From contig JAXLNO010000386.1 in the NCBI GenBank assembly GCA_038087875.1, forward strand, positions 1 to 32,137: a stretch of DNA of 32,137 nucleotides, given 5' to 3'. Source of the stretch: Malacoraja senta (Eukaryota). Each line of letters starts with the position of its first letter. Within the stretch, counting starts at the first letter, position 1. The position numbers and the translations under genes are program-made. Of this stretch, positions 23,061 through 32,137 are shown in pieces. The notes under the pieces are model-generated. The model saw nothing but the letters and a program-made list of their open reading frames with translations. It was not told the origin of the DNA and searched no databases.

Positions 23061-23459
23061 AATGGAAGGGAGGTTGGTTTGTGAGATGGTCAAGGATAGT
23101 CGAGGCTCCAGGAGGGAACTACTTGCATGGTTAATAGTAAAACCAACATCAACATCTACACCTCGTATTGATGTCGATCCTTTAAGGCAGCAACATGTCC
23201 CAAGATGCTGCACAGAGAACAAACAATATCTGACACCGGGCTACATTTAGAAACATCAAAAAGACTTGCAAATCTGGTTTGGCATTACAGGAGAATTGAT
23301 TCAGCTCGATATGTACCCCTCGTCTCTGGTCTAGACAGCTTGGAGGTCAAACCTGACTGCGGAGATAAGCTGGAGAACGTGAAGACACAAGAGACTGCAG
23401 ATGCTGGAAGCTGCAGACACGGATAATCTGTTGTTGTAACTCAGTGCCCAGAGTCGGTA

Positions 23460-23589
23460 GGTGGCACGGTGGGGCAGCGGTAGAGTTGCTGCCTCACAGC
23501 GCCAGAGACCCGGGTTCCATCCTGACTATGGGTGCTGTCTGTACGGAGTTTGCACCTACTCCCCGTGACCCGCGTGGGTTTACTCTGGG

Positions 23590-23591
<2 letters not shown>
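23460..23591 (+). mobile_element. HE1-like tRNA SINE, 5' part
   Basis: A-box-like GGTGGGGCAGCGGTAG and B-box-like GGTTCCATCC; matches the reverse complement of 28815-28930. Confidence 0.8.
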
Positions 23592-23630
<39 letters not shown>

Positions 23631-26600
23631 TATTTATTTTTATTAGAAGTACGATTGTATACAATCATATTTTCATAATACATTTTATGTACAGCTTCTT
23701 ATTTTTTTAATTTTGTAATAAAGAAGAAAAAGAAAAAGAAATTAGATAATGAAGAATAGAAAATCTGAGATATACAGTGTGTGAAAAAGAAAAATAGAGA
23801 GTGAAAGAAGAAAGTTAAGAAATAGAAAATAGAAGAAAAAGAGTAAAAGAAGAAAAGAGAAGAAAAAGAAAAGAGAAGTAAGGAGATCGTATTTATAAGC
23901 TTGACCATTCCTCACCCAGTCACGGATTAGCTTTTACACTTGTGCTGCACCATATGTTTCCAAAAAGACGACAAATGGAGACCAACTCGTTATGAATTGG
24001 TCAAATTTATCTATTAGGAGGAATCGCATTTCCTCAAAATGTGCGGTATCCAACATACTTGCAATCCACATTTTGAGCATTGGTATTGGTGTATTTTTCC
24101 AAAATTTCAATATTAATTTTTTGCTATTATTAAACCATAATTTAAAAATAATTTTTGAGATGGGTTCAATTTGTTCCCGTCTTCCATTACCCCAAATATA
24201 ATCAATTCATTATTGGGTTCCATTTTTGTCTTAAATAATTTTGTGAATATTTTGAAAATATCACTCCAAAATCCATGAAGTTTTATACAAGAAACAAAAG
24301 AGTGTGTTATAGTTGCGTCTTGGGTTAAACATTTATCACAAATGGGGGATATATTTGGATAAAATTTATTTAATCTTATTTTTGAGTAATATAATCTATG
24401 TAAAATTTTAAATTGAATTAGATTATGTCTTGCGTTAATCGAACATTTGTGAATGTATGTCAAATACTTTTCCCATGTAGCCTTCGTAATTTTTATCAAT
24501 AATTCCCGTTCCCACTCTTCTCTAATTACCTCGGTCGCAGGTAAATCTATATTGAAGGTACTATTATATAAATATGATATTAATTTTTGTGTATCAGCTT
24601 TAATATTCATTACTTCTTCGAGTAAATCAGGAGTTATTTTTTGATATCCCTGTATGTATGTCTTCAAGAAATTGCAAATCTGAAAATATTTAAAATAATG
24701 AGCGTTTTTCAATTTAAATTTTAATTGTAATTGTTGAAATGATAGTAAATCTCCCATTTCATACATATCCCCGATCCTTTTAATTCCTAAACTTTCCCAT
24801 TGATTATATATTTTATCCATCATAGATGGTTTAAATAAAGGATTATTCGCTATCGGTGTTAACAATGATAGGTTTCTTAGTTTTAAGGATAATTTTATTT
24901 GTTTCCATATTCTTATTGTATCTTGTATAATTGGGTTTTTCTTATATATTGTATTGTTCATTTTTTTCGGGGAGAAGAGGATTGTTCCTATATTACAAGG
25001 ATAACAATCCTCTTTCTCCATTTTTATCCATTCTGTCTGTTGGATTGAACTATCCAACCAGTAAATTATATTCTTAATATGTATTGCCCAATAGTAATAC
25101 AAAAAAATTGGGAGTGAAAGTCCCCCGACATATTTTGGTTTACATAAATGTTCTTTTTTAATTCTATGTGATTTATAGTCCCAAACAAAATTAGTAATGT
25201 TAGCATTCAATTTAGAAAAAAAATATTTTGGTACATATACTGGTATAGATTGAAATAGGTATAATAAATGTGGTAGAAAGCTCATTTTAATAGCATTTAT
25301 TCTGCCTATTAATGATAAAGGAAGTGTTTTCCAAAATTTAATCGTTATATTAAGTTTATTTATTAAGGGTATAAAATTGGCGTTGAATAAAGCTTTATGT
25401 TTTCTAGTAATCTGAATACCCAGATATTTAAATTTATCTGTTGCTATTTTAAAGGGGAATTTCAATAAGTGTGTAGATTCTTGAGGTTTTAACGTCATAA
25501 TTTCACTTTTGTTCCAATTTATTCTATATCCAGAAAAGGACCCAAATTCCTCTATTAAATTTAATAAATTTGGTATGCTCGTTTGTGAATTTGTTATATA
25601 TAACAGAATATCGTCTGCATACAATGACATTTTATTATTTGACTCCCTAGTATTATAACCCTGAATATTCGGATGACTTCTTATACTTTCAGCCAGAGGT
25701 TCTATCATAAGGGCAAATAGCAGGGGTGATAAAGCACATCCCTGCCTATTACCCCTTGATAATTGAAATTTTTGAGACAACATGCTGTTAGTTAATATTC
25801 TTGCCATCGGTTTATCATATGATAATTTCACCCATGCAATAAAGTTCTCTCCCATATTAAATTTTTGTAATACTTTGTATAAATACTGCCATTCTACCTG
25901 ATCAAATGCTTTCTCTGCGTCCAAAGAAATAATTGATAAGTCTTCTTCCTCCACTTTATGTGAGTACATTATATTAAACAGGCATCTCAAATTATTAAAT
26001 GAATATCTTTTGGGTATAAACCCCGTTTGATCAGGGTTTATCAATGTACTAATATATTTGCTTAGTCTTCTGGCTAAAGTCTTTGCTAGGATTTTCTGAT
26101 CTGTATTTAATAGTGATATAGCTCTATTACTTATAAATTGTAATTAACCAAAATGTCTATAACACTACTAACAGTTTTTTTCTTTTTGGGTAGGAACGCA
26201 ACATAAACTTGGAAAAAATCCAGGAATGAGGTTAACCCCTCGGTACCTGCTTGTAGGGTAGCTTTATTTTTTTACTTTTTAATATTTTATCTCTGCGTCT
26301 TTTTGCTTTTTACTAATGCTAGTTTGATAAAGTTAAACAAGAATAAACAAGATATGAGACGGTCTGTAGTTTTTTACGAGGTGTTAATAAGGGATGGGGC
26401 TCAATGTAAAACAACATCATGGAAGTCTATAAATTTTTCGCCACCTTAGGTGGCTATCTCTCTTTAAGGTACCTCTTCTTAGATACCTTAATTTCACTTA
26501 AAAAAAAAAATCACTATACAAATTTGTATTTACTTAGTTTGTGTTTAATTAATTGTAAATCACAATTTTTCTTGCTTTATCTAAGGCACTTTTGGAGAAG

Positions 26601-28019
26601 GAGATGTAATGTAAACTTAAAAACGTGGAATGACCACCCAACGTCCAGAACACGGAGGTATTTGTCAGCACCATATGATTCAAGAATATTACTTTGATAT
26701 ACAATGCAAGACGATAGACAAATAAAGAATGGAGGAATCACATTCTGTAGTTGGAATATAAGGGGTGCCAACGAACCAATAAAGAGGGGTAACATTTTTG
26801 CTCACTTAAAATCTTTGAAAGGCGACATAATTTACTTGCAAGAAACTCACATGAAACAGGAAACACAAATGAGATTAAAGACAAAGTGGATAGGCCAAAC
26901 ATATTATTCATCATTTACTTCTAAATCTAGAGGTACGGCTATTCTTATTCGGAAAGGTATACCGTTCAAATTAAAGAATACTATATCAGATAAAGAGGGA
27001 AGGTATATCATAGTTTCGGGAGAAATTTATGCTACCCCAATAACTATGGTAAATATTTACGCTCCGAATTTTGATAACCCTCAATTTTTTGAGAAAATTA
27101 TAGATATAATACTGGAGTTTAATTATCAAAATGTGATAATAGGAGGGGATTTCAACTGTGTTTTAGATCCATATTTAGACAAATCAGCAAAACAAAGAAG
27201 GAGTAATACAAAATCCAAGACTAGTGAACTTCTAAATACATATATAAAAAATACTAACATAACAGATGTATGGAGATCTGCTAATCCAGCAGGAAGGGAA
27301 TATTCGTTTTACTCTTCGGTACATAAAACATATTCAGGAATTGATTATTTTTTAGTGGATAGGAAATTAATGCCATATACAATTAACCCAACATATCATA
27401 TTAGTAGTATTTCTGATCACTCTCCGTTGACTTTTTCAGTAAAATTTGAGGGAATGCCGGGTAAAAAATTGTTTTGCCAGTTTAATACACATATATTAAA
27501 TGACTTACAGGGTTATCAATACTTGAAACAACAAATGAAATTATTTTTTGAGATAAATTACAAAACAGGAACATTTTGAGTTTGGTGACAAACCACATAA
27601 GCTGTTGGCGCGTCAACTGAAAAAACAGGAAAAGGAAAATACTGTAAATAAAATTAAATCCGATAATGGTGAATTACTAACACTACCTAAAGATATTAAT
27701 AAAAGATTTGTTCAATTTTATCAAAATTTATACACATCAAAAACCAAAACAGAAGATAGTAAAATTAAAAAAAATTTAGATAACTGTAATCTACCAAAAC
27801 TTGACCTTTTGGAACAAGAAGAACTAGGAGTGCAAATTACAATCGAAGAAATAGGTGAAACAATAAAATCGTTGAAAAATGGTAAGACACCGGGACCAGA
27901 TGGTTTTAGTAATGAATTTTATAAAAAATGTCATGAGATAACGACCCCCTATCTATTTAATTTATATACTTACATTTTTAAAGAAAATAAATTACCTGAA
28001 ACATTAGCAGAATCAACTA
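23592..28019 (-). mobile_element. L1 family B copy 2 with 5' inversion (minus-strand part 23592-26127, inverted plus-strand part 26128-28019)
   Basis: Poly(T) at 23593. ORF 24113-26044 (-) holds RT and the C-terminus; ORFs 26704-27579 and 27605-28036 (+) hold the endonuclease and linker. TSD TTACTCTGGGAG at 23580-23591 and 28020-28031. Confidence 0.92.
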
Positions 28020-28081
28020 TTACTCTGGGAGTTTAGTTTAGTTCCTGAGAAGATTACGGAGAATCGGTTTGTCAAGGAGGA

Positions 28082-28628
28082 CTCTCTCTAACTTCTACAG
28101 GTGCACAGTAGAGAGCATGCTGACGTTGCATCGTGGCTTGGTTCGGCAACTTGAGCGCCCTGGAGAGGAAAAGAGTACAAAAAGTAGTAAACACTGCCCA
28201 GTCCATCATCGGCTCTGACCTTCCTTCCATCGAGGGGATCTATCGCAGTCGCTGCCTCAAAAAGGCTGTCAGTATCATCAAGGACCCACACCATCCTGGC
28301 CACACACTCATCTCCCCTCTACCTTCAGGTAGAAGGTACAGGAGCCTGAAGACTGCAACGACCAGGTTCAGGAATAGCTACTTCCCCACAGCCATCAGGC
28401 TATTAAACCTGGCTCGGACAAAACTCTGATCATTAATAGCCCATTATCTGTTATTTGCACTTTATCAGTCTATTTATTCATGTGTGTATATATTTATATA
28501 ATGGTATATGGACACACTGATCTGTTTTGTAGTCAATGCCTTCTGTGTTCTGTGTGCTGAAGCAAAGCAAGAATTTAATTGTCCTATCAGGAACACATGA
28601 CAATAAACTCACTTGAACTTGAACTTGA
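28082..28628 (+). mobile_element. Rex1/Babar-like LINE 3' fragment
   Basis: AWFGN.SALERKRVQKVVNTAQ..HPGH.L...LPSGRRYRS..T.RFRNSYFP.AIRLLN; GACAATAAA plus (ACTTGA)n tail. Confidence 0.85.
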
Positions 28629-28631
28629 GTT

Positions 28632-29066
28632 GAGAGAAACAGCGCAGAAACAGGCCCTTCGGCCCACTGAGTCCGTACTGACCAGCGATCCCCACACACT
28701 AACACCACCCTACCCACACTAGGGACAATTTGACATTTACACCAAGCCAAAGAATCTACAAACCTGTACGTCTTTGGAGTGTGGGAGAAAACCGAAGATC
28801 TCGGAGAAAACCCACGCAGGTCACGGGGAGAACGTACAAACTCCGTACAGACAGCACCCGTAGTCGGGATCGAACCGTGGTCTCCAGCGCTGTGAGGCAG
28901 CAACTCTACCGCTGCGCCATCGTGCCGCACAAACCTGATGGGCCGAATAGTCTAATTCTGCTCCCATCACTTATGAACGTACAAACTCCGTACAGACAGC
29001 ACCCGTGGTCAGGATGGAACCGGGGTCTCCAGCGCTGTGAGGCAGCAACTCTACCGCTGTGCCACA
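28632..29066 (-). mobile_element. HE1-like tRNA SINE (near full length, about 28632-28930) plus a second 5' fragment (about 28976-29066)
   Basis: Reverse complement begins GGCACGATGGCGCAGCGGTAGAGTTGCTGCCTCACAGCGC...GGTTCGATCC. Confidence 0.82.
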
Positions 29067-29375
29067 AAGCTGCCCTTGTGATCAGAAGGCCAGGCCAGGA
29101 GACAAAGTGAGACTCTGTCACTATGTACATTCCCCACGGCAAGGGGACTGATTGAGGTCGTTGGCAGAACAGCAGGTGTGAGGAGCAATCTGCAATCTAA
29201 TTGACCGCCATTAATTTGTTCCAGCCTAAATGACGTGTCACGATCGGGCTCCCCACCTGGACTATAATTAGTGCAGGTCCTCACGGGACAACAAGCAGCA
29301 AATGCCAACAAGCTGGAAAGGGCGCAGAGATGAGTCACAGAAGGTCGTAAGTGATAGGAGCAGAATTAGGAGCAT

Positions 29376-29655
29376 AATGAAAGTAAGCATGCAGGTACAG
29401 CAGGCAGTGAAGAAAGCGAATGGCATGTTGGCCTTTATAACAAGAGGAGTTGAGTATAGGAGCAAAGATGTCCTTCTGCAGTTGTACAGGGCCCAAGTGA
29501 GACCCCGCAGTTTTGGTCCCCTAATTTGAGGAAGGACATTCTTGCTATTGAGGGAGTGCAGCGTAGGTTCACAAGGTTAATTCCCAGGATAGCGGGACTG
29601 TCATATGCTGAGAGACTGGAACGGCTGGGCTTGTATGCTCTGGAGTTTAGAATAA
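29376..29655 (+). mobile_element. CR1 RT fragment
   Basis: QVQQAVKKANGMLAFITRGVEYRSKDVLLQLYRA. Confidence 0.85.
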
Positions 29656-29656
29656 T

Positions 29657-32027
29657 GTGTGCAAGATAGTTTTTTGCAGCAATACATAGAGGTGCCTACT
29701 AGAGAAGGGGCAGTGCTGGGCCTCCTGTTAGGAAATGAGACAGGGCAGGTGGCGGGAGGTATGCGTCGGGGAGCACTTCGGGTCCAGTGATCACAATACC
29801 ATTAGTTTCAATATATTATGGAGAGGGTCATAACTGGACCTAGGGTGAGATTTTTTATTGGAGAAAGGCTAACTTTGAGGAGACGCGAAAGGATTTAAAA
29901 GGAGTGAATTGGGACATGTTGTTTTATGGGAAGGATGTAGAAGAAAAATGGAGGACATTTAAGGGTGAAATTTTAAGAGTACAGAATCTTTATGTCCCTG
30001 TTCGGTGAAAGGAATAGTAAAAAATGGAAAGAGCCATGGTTTCAAGGGAAATTGGAACACTTGGTTCGGAAAAAGAGAGAGATCTACAATAATTATAGGC
30101 AGCATGAAGTAAATGAGGTGCTTGAGGAGTATAAAGAATGTAAAAAGAATATTAAGAAAGAAATTAGAAAAGCTAAAAGAAGATATGAGGTTGCTTTGGC
30201 AAGTAAGGTGAAAGTAAATCCAAAGGGTTTTCTATGGCCTATATTAATAACAATAGGATAACAGGAATAAAATTGGGCCATTAGAGTGTCAGAGTGGACA
30301 GCTATCTGCAGAGCCAAAAGAGATGGGGGAGATATTGAACAATTTCTTTTCTTCGGTATTCACCAAGGAGAAGGATATGGAATTATGTGAGGTAAGGGAA
30401 ACAAGCAGAGTAGCAATGGAAACTGTGAGATTCAAAGAAGAGGAGGTGCGGACACTTTTGAAAAAATATGAAAACGGATAAGTCTCCAGGTCCTGACAGG
30501 ATATTCCCTAGGACATTGAGGGAAGTTAGTGTAGAAATAGCAGGGGCTATGACAGAAATATTTCAAATGTCATTAGAAACGGGAATAGTGCCGGAGGATT
30601 GGCGTACTGCGCATGTTGTTCCGTTGTTTAAAAAGGGTTCGAAGAGTAAACCTAGCAATTATAGACCTGTTAGTTTGATGTCGTGTGGGCAAATTAATGG
30701 AAAGGATACTTAAAGATAATATATAAGCATCTGGATAAGCAGGGTCTGATTAGGAACAGTCAACATGGATTTGTGCCTGGAAGGTCATGCTTGACTAATC
30801 TTCTTGAATTTTTCGAAGAGGTTACTCGGGAAATTGATGAGGGTAAAGCAGTGGATGTTGTCTATATGGACCAGTAAGGCCTTTGACAAGGTTCCTCATG
30901 GAAGGTTGGTTAAGAAGATTCAATTGTGGGTATTAATGGTGGAGTAGCAAGATGGATTCAACAATGGCTGAATGGGAGATGCCAGAGAGTAATGGTGGAT
31001 GGCTGTTTGTCAGGTTGGAGGCCGGTGACTAGTGGGGTGCCTCAGGGGTATGTGTTGGGTCCACTGTTGTTTGTCATGTACGTCAATGATCTGGATGATG
31101 GTGTGGAAAATTGGGATTAGTAAGTATGCAGATGATACTAAGATAGGTGGTGTTGTGGATAATGAAGTAGATTTTCAAAGTCTACAGAGAGATTTAGGCC
31201 ATTTGGAAGAGTGGGCTGAAAGATGGCAGATGGAGTTTAATGCTGACAAATGTGAGGTGCTACATCTCGGCAGGACAAATCAAAATAGGACGTACATGGT
31301 AAATGGTAGTGAATTGAGGAATGCAGTTGAACAGAGGATCTAGGAATAACTGTGCATAGTTCCCTGAAGGTGGAATCTCATGTAGATAGGGTGGTAAAGA
31401 AAGCTTTTGGTGTGCTGGCCTTTATAAATCAGAGCATTGAATATAGAAGTTGGGATGTAATGTTAAAATTGTACAAGGCATTGGTGAGGCCAATTCTGGA
31501 GTATGGAGTACAATTTTGGTCGCCTAATTATAGGAAGGATGTCAACAAAATAGAGAGAGTACAGAGGAGATTTACTAGAATGTTGCCTGGGTTTCAGCAA
31601 CTAAGTTACAGAGAAAGGTTGAACAAGTTAGGTCTTTATTCTTTGGAGCGCAGAAGGTTAAGAGGGGACTTGATAGAGGTCTTTAAAATTATGAGCGGGT
31701 TAGACAGAGTGGACGTGGATAAGCTTTTCCCATTGAGAGCAGGGAAGATTCAAACAAGGGGACATGACTTGAGAATTAAGGGACAGAAGTTTAGGGGGAA
31801 CATTAGGGGAAACGTCTTTACTCAGAGTGGAAGTGGTGGAGGCAGGTTCGATTTTATCCTTTAAAATATAGATTGGATGGGTATATGGATGGGAAAGGAA
31901 TGGAGGGTTATGGTCTGAGTGCAGGTAGATGGGACTAGGGGGAAGTATTTTTTTTTTTTAATGTTCGGCACGGACCTGAAGGGCCAAGATGGCCTGTTTC
32001 CGTGCAGTTATGGTTATATGGTTATAT
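29657..32027 (+). mobile_element. CR1 LINE, about 2.4 kb, 5'-truncated, degenerate ORF2
   Basis: KSPGPD..FPR, DWRTAHVVPLFKKG..NYRPVSL, SGVPQG..LGP, YADDTK, FWSPNY; many frameshifts; (GTTATATG)n tail. Confidence 0.95.
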
Positions 32028-32137
32028 AAGAGATCTTATTGAAACATGTAAGATTATTAAGGGTTTGGAGACGCTAGAGGCAGGAAACATGTTACCAATG
32101 TTGGGGGAGTCCAGAACCGGGGGGTCATAGTTTAAGA
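32028..32137 (+). mobile_element. CR1 fragment running off the window end
   Basis: Similar to 5235-5340 (DLIET.KIIKGL...LGESRTGGH). Confidence 0.75.

Larger units (their letters stand above)
10678..23092 (-). mobile_element. Rex1/Babar-like LINE 3' fragment in two pieces (about 10678-11018 and 22771-23092); outermost element of a nested stack
   Basis: KTHASRFRDGFFPAVIRQL at about 22775-22840. The flank ending GGTTGTGGTAGGAT at about 11017 joins GATCCAGTTGCCTGATAACAG at about 22777. Confidence 0.7.

Noticed and set aside
23460..23530. tRNA gene
   Set aside because: tRNA-derived SINE head followed by the SINE body; several copies in the window.
21700..27560. Large inverted repeat as DNA-transposon ends or misassembly
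   Set aside because: Explained by two diverged L1-B copies, one with a 5' inversion, each with its own TSD.
1..32137. Novel multi-gene RT/nuclease system
   Set aside because: All RT and endonuclease ORFs belong to recognisable retrotransposon clades placed together by nested insertion.

Overview
Eukaryotic (vertebrate) DNA. The repeat families (CR1, L1, Tx1-like, L2, Rex1/Babar, Penelope, HE1-like tRNA SINEs) suggest a cartilaginous fish, probably a skate or ray. Most of the window is transposon-derived. The only host gene I recognise is GTF2H4 (TFIIH p52/Tfb2) on the minus strand, with two clean exons (7716-7804, 2416-2484). The exon expected between them appears reduced to a ~13-nt stub (2577-2589), and I found no upstream exon in the remaining 24 kb. 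The rest is nested insertions, many with readable target-site duplications (TSDs). These include a full-length L1 (11929-18400) inside an older antisense L1, inside a CR1, inside a Rex1-like LINE; a 5'-inverted (twin-priming type) L1 (23592-28019); a SINE>MITE>CR1 stack; two hAT-like MITE copies; and Penelope terminal repeats with hammerhead-like cores. I see no evidence of a novel multi-gene system. All family and gene assignments are from recalled motifs, not database searches.
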